This document shows positions 17,194-25,515 of a DNA stretch of 64,000 nt, piece by piece. A model generated the notes under the pieces. The model was not told the origin of the DNA. It saw only the letters and a program-made list of their open reading frames with translations, and made no database searches. Numbering within the stretch: the stretch's first letter is position 1; each line of letters starts with the position of its first letter. The DNA comes from an uncultured Chloroflexia bacterium (lineage in GTDB: Bacteria > Chloroflexota > Limnocylindria > Limnocylindrales > CSP1-4). The stretch lies in assembly GCA_963819655.1 (NCBI GenBank), contig CAWFXA010000001.1, forward strand, positions 320,001 through 384,000, given 5' to 3'. Made by a program: the position numbers and the translations under genes.

Positions 17194-18321
17194 ATGTCCA
17201 TCGCGCGGGACGCCGTGCTCCCCTCGCCGCCACGTGTGACGTTCATCCCGGGCGATGGCATCGGGCCCGACGTGATGGGCGCGGCGCTGGCCGTGATCGA
17301 GGCGTCCGGGGCCACCATAGAGTGGGACGTGCGCCAGGCGGGTGCCGCAGCGGCCACTGACGGAGGTGAGAGCCTGCCCGACGACGTGGTCGAGGCGATC
17401 CGCGCGACGCGGGTCGCGCTGAAGGGCCCGACCGCGACAGCCACCCGCGGCGAACGGGCCGTGAGCGTCCGCCTGCGTGCCGCGCTGGACCTCGAGCTCG
17501 GCATCCGGCCGGTGCGGAGCTGGCCAGGGGTCGTCGGGGCGGTCAACTCGGTGACGTCGTCGAACCTCGACATCATGCTCATCCGGATGCTCGGGGAGGA
17601 CCTGTACGCCGGCCTCGAGTTCGAAGCTGACGATCCGGCCGCCGTCGATCTCCGCCGGCTCTGGGCGTCCCGTGGTCGAGCCCTCCCAAAGGACACGGCC
17701 TTCTCATTGAAGGTGTTGTCGGACCGGGCGATCGAGCGGTTCGCCCGAGCCGCCCTGACGCAGGCGCGGATCCATGGCCGGCGGCGCATCACGATCGTCC
17801 ACAAGGCGACCGTCATGCGGGCGACCGACGGTCGGTTCCGATCGATCGTGGAGGAGGTGGCGCGCAAGGTCGGGGGGTTCGAGGTCGACGACCGTCTCGT
17901 CGACACGGTCTGCCTCGACCTCATCCGTCACCCGGAGCGCTTCGACGTGCTGCTCGCGCCGGTGATGTACGGCGACATCCTGTCGGACGTGATCGCCGGG
18001 CTCGCCGGCGGGCTCGGCCTGGCGCCGGGCGCCAACATCGGGCGGCACGCCGCCGTCTTCGAGCCGGTCCACGGGACCGCGCCATCGCTCGCCGGACTCG
18101 ACCGAGCCGACCCCATCGCGGCGATCCTGACGGGCGCCATGCTGCTACGACACCTCGACCTGCCGGTCGAGGCACAGCGGATCGAGACCGCGGTCCGCTG
18201 CACCCTGACGACCGGCAGCGTGCTGACCTATGACCTGGCAGGCGTCCCGCGCGACCACGAACGCGCTGCGAGCACCCATGCCATGACCGACGCCGTGATC
18301 GCTGCGCTGCCTCCGGGGTGA
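17194..18321 (+). CDS. Isocitrate/isopropylmalate (beta-decarboxylating) dehydrogenase family protein, divergent
   Basis: IPGDGIGP, ALKGP, EDLYAG.E, VHKA, YGDILSD, GG.GLAPGANIG, FEPVHGTAP. Confidence 0.85.
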   Translation: MSIARDAVLPSPPRVTFIPGDGIGPDVMGAALAVIEASGATIEWDVRQAGAAAATDGGESLPDDVVEAIRATRVALKGPTATATRGERAVSVRLRAALDLELGIRPVRSWPGVVGAVNSVTSSNLDIMLIRMLGEDLYAGLEFEADDPAAVDLRRLWASRGRALPKDTAFSLKVLSDRAIERFARAALTQARIHGRRRITIVHKATVMRATDGRFRSIVEEVARKVGGFEVDDRLVDTVCLDLIRHPERFDVLLAPVMYGDILSDVIAGLAGGLGLAPGANIGRHAAVFEPVHGTAPSLAGLDRADPIAAILTGAMLLRHLDLPVEAQRIETAVRCTLTTGSVLTYDLAGVPRDHERAASTHAMTDAVIAALPPG

Positions 18322-21020
18322 ACGACGGGTCGGTCCCCGAGGTCGATGGCGACGCCACGCGCGAGAGTGCTGCGCACGTCCGCGGCTCCACATTGCTGGT
18401 CGTCGGCCGGTTCGTGTCGCTCGGGATCAACTTCGCGACCCAGGTCCTCATCGCCCGTCACCTCGGCCAGACCGAGTTCGGAGCGTTCGCGCTGGCATTC
18501 GCGATCGCGGGCCTCTGCCAGGTGCTCATCACGCTCGGGCTGCATCGGGGTGTTACGCGCTTCCTGACCGCCGACCTCGAGCGTGGCGACCACCCGCGGT
18601 TCGTCGGGACGATCGTGCTCAACGTCGCCGTCATCGTCGTCCTGGGGGCGATCCTCGTCGGCCTTGTAGCTGTCGCCCAGCAGGGCCTGACCGCTGCCGG
18701 CATCCTGCAGCCTGCCGCGACGGGCCTGCTCCTGATCCTGGTGCTGCTGGCCCCGATCGACGCCCTCGACGATCTGCTGATCTCGCTGTACGCGATCTTC
18801 GACAGCCCACGCTCGATCTTCGTCAGGCGTTACATCCTCGGGCCGGCGTTGCGGCTCGGCGTGGCTGTGGCCGTGGTCCTCGCGAGCGGCGGGGCGATCG
18901 AGCTCGCGGTCGGCTACGTCGCAGCCAGCCTGTTCGGTCTGGCGCTCTACGGCGCGCTGTTCATCCAGATGCTGATGCGGTCCGGCATCGTGAAGGCGGT
19001 GGGCGGCAGGCCGCTCGTCATCCCGGCCCGAGAGGTCATCGGCGCGTCGGTCCCGCTGCTGTCGACGGATGCCGTGTGGCTGCTCATCAACACGTTCCCG
19101 ATCTTCGTCCTGACGGCGGCCAGCGGCCTGGCCGACGTCGCGGCATACCAGGTCATCCGCCCAGCCGCCGCGCTCAATCTCCTCGTCGCGGCCAGCTTCC
19201 ACGTCCTCTACCTGCCGCTGGCGACACGTCTGGCGAACCGGCGCGACATCGCTGGCTCGAACGAGCTGTACTGGCGAACGACGATCTGGGTCGCCGTCCT
19301 GACGTTCCCGATCTTCGCGGCCACGTTCGCCCTCGGGCGACCCCTGACGACCTTCGCGTTCGGGGAGCGTTACGAGGCGTCGGGAATGTACCTGAGCGTC
19401 CTCGCCGTCGGCTACATGGTCCACGCGGCGCTTGGCTTCAACGCCACGACACTGGCCGCGCACGGCTATCACCGAACGGTCGCCATCGCCAACGGGGTGA
19501 CGGCGGGCATCAGCGTCGTCGCGGCGCTCGTCCTGATCCCGCCGTTCGGCGCGCTCGGTGCGGCCGTGGCGTCGACCGCGACGTTGTTCGCCCAGAACGC
19601 TCTCCTGCAGGTCGGTCTGAAACGGCGCATCGGTATCGCTCTGGTCCACCGGGACGCCGTGCGGGTCTACGCGGTCATCGCCCTTGCCGCGGGCACCCTC
19701 TTCGCGATCGAATCGTTCGCGTCGCTCGGTCTCTGGACGCTCGCGCTTGCAGCCGTCGAGGCGGTGGGAGTCCTCTATCTCGCGCGCCACGCCATGCAGG
19801 TCACGACGATCTTCCCGGGCATCAACCCCCAGATCATCCGGCTGCTTGCATCGGCGGGTCCGGCGGGCCGGCGGTTGGCATCTGGTCTCGATCTGCTTCG
19901 CTCGATCCGGCCGGACGATGCCGCCCGACGCTTCCGTCAGGCACATCGATGGGCCGCGCAGGACGGGGTCGCGCGTGCTGCGATCTACCGGTCGATCTGG
20001 ATGGAGGCAGGTCGCGCCATCGGGGCGGACGTCACGGAGGTCGCGCGCGGTACGTTCGAGCTCCGCGCGGGCCCGCGCCGAGCGATCGTCACCGACCACC
20101 TCCTGCGCCTCGACTCGGATGCTGCCCTCGGCCGCGCGATCGACAAGCCGGCCGTCAGCCGGATGCTCCGGGCAGAGGGCCTCCCGGCCCCCGCCCATCT
20201 GGCGTTCTCGTTCGCCGATTTCGGCGCGGCCGTCGCGTTCCTCGCGGCGGCTCCCGGGCCGTGCGTGGTCAAGCCGGCGCACGGCCGCACGGGGTCTGGC
20301 GTCACGACCAACGTCCGGACGCCCGAGGACCTGCTTCGTGCCGTCGTTCGGGCCGGCGCCGACAGTGACGATCTGCTCATCGAGCACCAGCTCGACGGTG
20401 CGGTCTACCGGCTGCTCTTCCTCGACGGGCAGCTCCTGGATGTCCTCGAACGGAGGCCACCCGGCGCCGTCGGTGATGGACGATCGAGGATCGGCTCGCT
20501 GATCGCGGCGGAGAACGAGCGTCGGCTGGGGGCCGCTGGTCGCGTCGGCCTGTCGTTGCTCAAGGTGGATCTGGATTGCCTGCTGACGCTGGCCGGAGCC
20601 GGTATGGACCTGCGCTCCGTGCCGCCGGCGGGCACGGTCGTCGTGGTCAAGACCGCGACGAACCAGAACGGGGCGCTCGAGAATCGCTCCGTCCTCCACG
20701 CCGTGGGCGCCGATCTGGTCGAGGAATCACGGCGGGCGGTCGAGCTCGTCGGGCTCAGGCTCGCAGGGGTGGACGTCGTGACGCTGGATCCCGTAGCTCC
20801 GCTGGCTGGCAGCGGCGGTGCGATCCTCGAGGTGAACGGCTCGCCGGGCATCCACTACCACTACCTGGTCCACCCCGACAGCCCCCGCCGGCCCGTGGCG
20901 ATCCCGATCATCGAGGCACTGCTCGACCTTGGGCCGGGTCCGTCGGTCGCACGTCCGGAGGTCGATCGGGCAGCCACGGGTTCCGCGTCGCGCACGCGCG
21001 AGCCGGGCACGGCCTCGTAG
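18318..21020 (+). CDS. Wzx/MOP-type flippase fused to a cyanophycin-synthetase/GshAB-like ATP-grasp domain
   Basis: N-terminal ~500 aa multi-TM (IAR.LG..EFG.F, LIP.FG.LGAA.A); C-terminal DKP...ML...GLP.P, VVKP..G..G.GV, YRLL..DG, VGDG.S.I..LI..EN, AGVDV, ILEVN..PG; one uninterrupted ORF. Confidence 0.8.
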   Translation: MNDGSVPEVDGDATRESAAHVRGSTLLVVGRFVSLGINFATQVLIARHLGQTEFGAFALAFAIAGLCQVLITLGLHRGVTRFLTADLERGDHPRFVGTIVLNVAVIVVLGAILVGLVAVAQQGLTAAGILQPAATGLLLILVLLAPIDALDDLLISLYAIFDSPRSIFVRRYILGPALRLGVAVAVVLASGGAIELAVGYVAASLFGLALYGALFIQMLMRSGIVKAVGGRPLVIPAREVIGASVPLLSTDAVWLLINTFPIFVLTAASGLADVAAYQVIRPAAALNLLVAASFHVLYLPLATRLANRRDIAGSNELYWRTTIWVAVLTFPIFAATFALGRPLTTFAFGERYEASGMYLSVLAVGYMVHAALGFNATTLAAHGYHRTVAIANGVTAGISVVAALVLIPPFGALGAAVASTATLFAQNALLQVGLKRRIGIALVHRDAVRVYAVIALAAGTLFAIESFASLGLWTLALAAVEAVGVLYLARHAMQVTTIFPGINPQIIRLLASAGPAGRRLASGLDLLRSIRPDDAARRFRQAHRWAAQDGVARAAIYRSIWMEAGRAIGADVTEVARGTFELRAGPRRAIVTDHLLRLDSDAALGRAIDKPAVSRMLRAEGLPAPAHLAFSFADFGAAVAFLAAAPGPCVVKPAHGRTGSGVTTNVRTPEDLLRAVVRAGADSDDLLIEHQLDGAVYRLLFLDGQLLDVLERRPPGAVGDGRSRIGSLIAAENERRLGAAGRVGLSLLKVDLDCLLTLAGAGMDLRSVPPAGTVVVVKTATNQNGALENRSVLHAVGADLVEESRRAVELVGLRLAGVDVVTLDPVAPLAGSGGAILEVNGSPGIHYHYLVHPDSPRRPVAIPIIEALLDLGPGPSVARPEVDRAATGSASRTREPGTAS

Positions 21021-21131
21021 CCGTGGTCGACCCTGAAGGCGTTTTGACACGCTCTCTGTGCACCCGGACACGTCACGGTCTTTCTCGAGACGGTAGGGTG
21101 GTGTCCCCGACCCAGTGTGAGAAGGAGTCCC

Positions 21132-21563
21132 ATGTCTCGCCTGACCCGTTGGCTCGCGCCGACAACGACAGCCCGCGCCCATTGCGACCTCCCCTGCGGC
21201 GTCTACGACCCCGAGCAGGCGCGCATCGAGGCCGAGTCCTGCCACAGGATCAACGAGAAGTACGCCGCCAACCAGGATGCCACCTTCCGGACCCGCGCGG
21301 TGGCGATCAAGGAGAACCGGGCCGACCTGGTCAAGCACCACCTCGACGTCCTGTGGCACGACTATTTCAAGCCGGAGCACCTGGAGGCCGTGCCGAACCT
21401 GCACGAGCTGTTCTGGAACGCGACCAAGCAGGTGTCGAAGGTCAAGGCATCGACCGACGCCGCCGACTCGAAGGCGCTGCTCGACATGATCGACGAGATC
21501 GACGCCGCGTGGAAGAAGACCGGCGGCGAAGAGAAGACCCGCGTCGCGGGCCGGCCTTCCTGA
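21132..21563 (+). CDS. sodN: Nickel superoxide dismutase precursor
   Basis: Ni-hook HCDLPCGVYDP after a short propeptide; VKHHL.VLW.DYFKP; AAGGAG RBS. Confidence 0.96.
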   Translation: MSRLTRWLAPTTTARAHCDLPCGVYDPEQARIEAESCHRINEKYAANQDATFRTRAVAIKENRADLVKHHLDVLWHDYFKPEHLEAVPNLHELFWNATKQVSKVKASTDAADSKALLDMIDEIDAAWKKTGGEEKTRVAGRPS

Positions 21564-21574
21564 TCTCCACCGAG

Positions 21575-22063
21575 ATGCGAATCCCGAGGCCCCGCCGGTC
21601 GGCGGGGCCTCGTCGTACCGAGTCGCTCCGGCATCGGCTGCGCGGTCCGTGGCGGATCGCGGTCATGCAGGCGAGCATGGAGCCCGCGATCCGCGAGGGC
21701 GACTGGCTGCTGGTCGACCCCACCACGACGCGCTGGCCCCGGCGTGGCTCGGTCGTGGCATTTCACGAACCCGACGGCGGCGTGTTGTCGATCAAGCGCG
21801 TGGCCGGCACGCCCGGCGATCGGGTGCCGTTCCGCGACGGCTACATCGAGTTGGCCGACGACGAGGCCTGGCTCGTATCGGACGCGGACGCAGCGGTTGC
21901 CGCCGAGGCGGGCCTCGGCGAGCCGGTCGACTCCAACCGCTATGGACCGGTGCCGGTCGCGCTCCTCGTGGGCAGGGTCTGGTTCCGCTACGGCCCGCTG
22001 CGCCGAATCGGGCGGCCCGGACCTTCGAGCCGTGGACGAACCGGACCTCAGACGGTACGGTGA
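21575..22063 (+). CDS. sodX: NiSOD maturation protease (S26 peptidase); start uncertain
   Basis: SMEP.I..GD.LLV, IKRV, DS..YGPV motifs directly downstream of sodN. Confidence 0.8.
   Translation: MRIPRPRRSAGPRRTESLRHRLRGPWRIAVMQASMEPAIREGDWLLVDPTTTRWPRRGSVVAFHEPDGGVLSIKRVAGTPGDRVPFRDGYIELADDEAWLVSDADAAVAAEAGLGEPVDSNRYGPVPVALLVGRVWFRYGPLRRIGRPGPSSRGRTGPQTVR
21585..21612 (+). terminator. Strong GC hairpin directly after sodN, inside the 5' part of sodX
   Basis: CGAGGCCCCGCC-GGTC-GGCGGGGCCTCG perfect 12-bp stem; no U tract. Confidence 0.45.
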
Positions 22064-22100
22064 CATCTCCCGATCCGACCCTTGGAAGGAACCATTTGCC

Positions 22101-22817
22101 GTGACTTCGACGCGCTCTCGCCGGCTGGCCTTCGCGCTCTGCAGCGCAGTCCTGACATTCAGTCTCGCTTCGTGCGGCGGCACGCCAACGGCTGCCACGT
22201 CGGCGCCGACCTCGGCAGCTACCGCGAGCCTCGCGCCGTCCGCTGGAACCGCGAGCCCATCAGCCGCAGCGTCGGCATCGGCCTCGGCCGGAGCGAGCCT
22301 CGCCACGACCGGACGCATCGAGGTCCCCGAGCACGGCTTCGCGATCACGCTGCCGGCAGGCTGGACCAGGATCGATCTCCAGGCGGGTGATCTCGAGCAG
22401 ATCATGGCCGCCGCGGGGGCCGACAACCCCGAGATGGCCGAGCTTTACTCCGCGCAGATCCAGACCATGCTCGCGAGTGGTCTCGTGATCTTCGCCTTCG
22501 GACCGGATATCACGACCGGGACCAATCTCAACGTCTTGTCGCTTCCGAGCATGGGCATGAACCTGGACCTGCTCGAGCAAGCCAACCTGGCTCAACTCAA
22601 GACGCTAGCCGAGGGTGAGGTCTCGACCGAGCGGGTCACCCTCCCGGCCGGCGAGGCCCTCCACCTCCGCTACAGCATCAAGTCCGCGAACCAGCCCGCG
22701 CCGCCCACGATCGATCAGTACCTCGTACTCATGGGCGACCGGCAGCTGATGGTCAGCGTGACCAACGCCAGTGCCGCCGATGCGGCCGCGATCGCGGGGT
22801 CGCTCGAGACGCTCTAG
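22101..22817 (+). CDS. Lipoprotein of unknown function (PsbP/LpqN-like)
   Basis: Lipobox LASC, Ala/Ser/Pro linker, GFAITLPAGW motif; GGAAGGA RBS. Confidence 0.7.
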   Translation: MTSTRSRRLAFALCSAVLTFSLASCGGTPTAATSAPTSAATASLAPSAGTASPSAAASASASAGASLATTGRIEVPEHGFAITLPAGWTRIDLQAGDLEQIMAAAGADNPEMAELYSAQIQTMLASGLVIFAFGPDITTGTNLNVLSLPSMGMNLDLLEQANLAQLKTLAEGEVSTERVTLPAGEALHLRYSIKSANQPAPPTIDQYLVLMGDRQLMVSVTNASAADAAAIAGSLETL

Positions 22818-22931
22818 CGCGACCGCCGCCTCCGTCGACTGGCTGATTCCCGCTGCGCGCTGGTTGGTTCAGGAGAAGCACGGCCGGTGAGTGGGCGGGG
22901 CGGCGGTCGGCGGACGGCGGGCGGCGAGGAA

Positions 22932-23113
22932 CCATGAAGTACGCGCATTGGACCAACCTTAAGTCCGGTCCAGCGGCCGCCACGGGACTCCGACCGTGCA
23001 CACCCGCATGGCCGAGCGTGCGATCCGTCGTGTCGTCGAGTATCTCGTCCGCGCAAACCGATTCTCTGCCTCGGAGGACGACATTAGGTTGCGCTGACGC
23101 GCATCGTTCATGG
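22932..23113. repeat. Intergenic element bounded by imperfect 30-bp inverted repeats
   Basis: 22932-22961 versus the reverse complement of 23084-23113 match at 21/30 positions by manual alignment. Confidence 0.5.
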
Positions 23114-23129
23114 CCGCGCTGCGCCGGGG

Positions 23130-23232
23130 TCGCCGAGTCGCGCCGCGATGCGCAGGCCGCGCGGAGTCGCGGCCGGTCGCGCCGAGTCGCGCCGAGTCCC
23201 GCCGAGTCGCATCGCCCGCGCGCGCCGAGCCG
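23130..23232. repeat. Degenerate short tandem repeat (GCCGAGTCGC-like)
   Basis: Several gccgagtcgc/gccgagtccc/gccgagccgc units between convergent genes. Confidence 0.55.
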
Positions 23233-23269
23233 CACCCAGTCGCTGCCACTCTTCGGTGACTCGGGCCGG

Positions 23270-24181
23270 TCAGGCGCCGGCGATCGCCGCCGCGCCTGTC
23301 GACAGGTTGATCCCCGCGGCGCGGCAGTCCTCGGCGAAAGCCGCCTGGGCGTCGAGCGTCGGTGACCAGCGCGTCGGGAAGGCGATGAGCCGGTCCAGTC
23401 CGATCTCGGCAAACCGCGCCAGCCGGTCGACGCGTGCTCGCCCCGCGTCCCGCATCTGCTCGTCGCGCTCATATAGCGAGAAACGCATCGTGGCGGGGTC
23501 GCGTCCCTCGGCCTCACAGCGCGCGCGGACGTCCCGCATCCGGTCGACGATGTCGTCGGCCTCGATGAACACGAAGTTCAGCTCGTCCGCGTAGCGGATC
23601 GCGTAGCCGGCCGTTCGCTGGCGGCCGTTTCCGCCGACGATGATCGGGATGCGCGGCTCCTGGAGGCCCTGTGGCACATTGATGGCGCCGCGGACGTGGG
23701 CGTAGCGACCCTCGTACGACGAGCGACCCGGCTGGAACATCCTCGTGATGATCTCGAGGTGGTCACCGAAGGCGCCCATGCGGTCGGCCAGCGGCGGGAA
23801 CCCGTAGCCGTAGGCGACCCACTCGTCCTCCTTCCAGCCGGCACCTATGCCGAGCTCGAACCGGCCGCCGCTGATGACGTCGACGGTCGACGACAGCTTG
23901 GCGGTGAGCGCCGGGTTCCGGAAGCCCGTGCACACGACCATGTGACCGAGGCGGACGCGCTCGGTCACCATCGCGAGGGCGGCAAGTACGGAGAAGGACT
24001 CGAACGTGATCTCGTCGGTCGGTACGGGCACGGTGTGGAAGTGGTCGAACACCCACAGCGACTCGAAGCCGAGCTCCTCGGCCTGACGCGCGAGCTCGAC
24101 GGTCCGCGCCCACGCATCGGCCGGCGGCCAGCCGTCGTAGTCGCCTTTCCAACCTTGTGGTGCCATCAAACCGACCTGCAT
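23270..24181 (-). CDS. LLM class F420-dependent oxidoreductase (Rv1855c/TIGR03560-like)
   Basis: GFESLWVFDHF, RNPALTAK..STVDVISGGRFELGIGAGW, IIVGG.G. Confidence 0.88.
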   Translation of the reverse strand: MQVGLMAPQGWKGDYDGWPPADAWARTVELARQAEELGFESLWVFDHFHTVPVPTDEITFESFSVLAALAMVTERVRLGHMVVCTGFRNPALTAKLSSTVDVISGGRFELGIGAGWKEDEWVAYGYGFPPLADRMGAFGDHLEIITRMFQPGRSSYEGRYAHVRGAINVPQGLQEPRIPIIVGGNGRQRTAGYAIRYADELNFVFIEADDIVDRMRDVRARCEAEGRDPATMRFSLYERDEQMRDAGRARVDRLARFAEIGLDRLIAFPTRWSPTLDAQAAFAEDCRAAGINLSTGAAAIAGA

Positions 24182-24293
24182 CGTCGCCTCCGATCATCTG
24201 TGTGTCGTCGCAACCATTGTCACCGGTCAAGGCGATCGTCGCGTCCGCCGGGATGCCGGCCGGCGGTCCTGCCCGGCCCCTATGCTCATCGAC

Positions 24294-25511
24294 ATGGATA
24301 TGACCGCGTTCGACCCGACCGCTCCGCTACCCGGTCCGCCCGACCCGTGGGCGTCGACCTCACGTCCGAGCACGCGCTCCGGACCGCCGTATCACATGAC
24401 GGAGATGATCGAGGCCGAACCGGCACTCGCGGACCGGATCCTGACCCGCCACGAGCCCGTCGGCAGCGGAGCGGCCGAGCTCGCGCGGGTCATCCGCCGG
24501 ACGATCCGCGCTGGGGACCCGGTCGTCGTGACCGGCTGCGGGACGTCCGAGCACGCCGCCTACGGGGTCGCCGAGATCCTGCGCGAGGCCGTGCGCTCAG
24601 CTGAGATCAGGGCGCCCGGGCACGCGACGCGCCACGAGCCCGTTGCCGCCCAGGCGTTCGAGCTATCACTCGACCCACCGTCGACGGGCCTGGTCATCGG
24701 CATCTCGCACGAGGGCGGCACGACCGCCACGAACGCGGCTCTCGACGCCGCGCGCGCGGCCGGTGCCCGCACGGCGATCGTCACGGTGTCGGACCGCTCC
24801 CCCGGCGCGGCACTCGCCGATATCGTCGTGGAGACCGACGAGCTCGATCAGAGCTGGTGTCACACGGTCGGCTATCTGAGCCCCCTGGTCGCGGCGACCG
24901 CGGTCGGGGCGCACATCGCGGGCCGCCCCGTGGATGCGGCCTTGCGCGCAGCCGCACGCGACCTGATCCAGGCCGGCGTCGACCGGGCCGGGATCGCGGA
25001 GCCCGTCGCGACCAGGTTGTCGGAGGCGCGCTCCATCATCGCCATCGCGTCCGGCGCCGATCGCACGGCCGGTCGCGAGCTCGTCCTCAAGATCGAGGAA
25101 GGGACGTGGATCCCGGCGGCCTACCGGGACCTCGAGAGCTTCCTGCACGGGCATCTCGCCGCCACCGACGAGGCGATGGGGCTCGTTCTCATCCTCGCCG
25201 ATCGGGACCGACGCGCCGAGCGGCTGGCGCGCGCGACGGGTGCGCTACGGGCTGCTCGCGGCGTCGGGATGGTCGCCGCGGCGATCGTCGCCGCCGATGC
25301 GGCCGTCGACCTGCCGACCGACCTCACCCCCGCGGGGCGGATCGTGATCCCCGAGGCGCCGGCGCTCCCCGCGTCGGTCGCCGCGCTGCTCGGCACCGCG
25401 ACGCCGCTCCAGATGCTGACCGAACGGCTGGCGCGGGCACGTGGTGTCAACCCAGACCCGATCCACCGCGACGTCGACCGATACCGCGAGGCGGCCGAGT
25501 CGGCCGAGTGA
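24294..25511 (+). CDS. Double SIS-domain sugar isomerase/deglycase (GlmS C-terminal/FrlB-like)
   Basis: GCGTSEHAA, ISHEGGT, HTVGY, ELVLKIEE, ESFLHGH, ARARG.NPD; TATGCT 7 nt before ATG 24294. Confidence 0.82.
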   Translation: MDMTAFDPTAPLPGPPDPWASTSRPSTRSGPPYHMTEMIEAEPALADRILTRHEPVGSGAAELARVIRRTIRAGDPVVVTGCGTSEHAAYGVAEILREAVRSAEIRAPGHATRHEPVAAQAFELSLDPPSTGLVIGISHEGGTTATNAALDAARAAGARTAIVTVSDRSPGAALADIVVETDELDQSWCHTVGYLSPLVAATAVGAHIAGRPVDAALRAAARDLIQAGVDRAGIAEPVATRLSEARSIIAIASGADRTAGRELVLKIEEGTWIPAAYRDLESFLHGHLAATDEAMGLVLILADRDRRAERLARATGALRAARGVGMVAAAIVAADAAVDLPTDLTPAGRIVIPEAPALPASVAALLGTATPLQMLTERLARARGVNPDPIHRDVDRYREAAESAE

Positions 25512-25515
25512 GAGG

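Noticed and set aside
19900-21020. Cyanophycin synthetase (cphA) call
   Set aside because: Only the ATP-grasp part is present; no Mur-ligase domain and no cyanophycinase nearby
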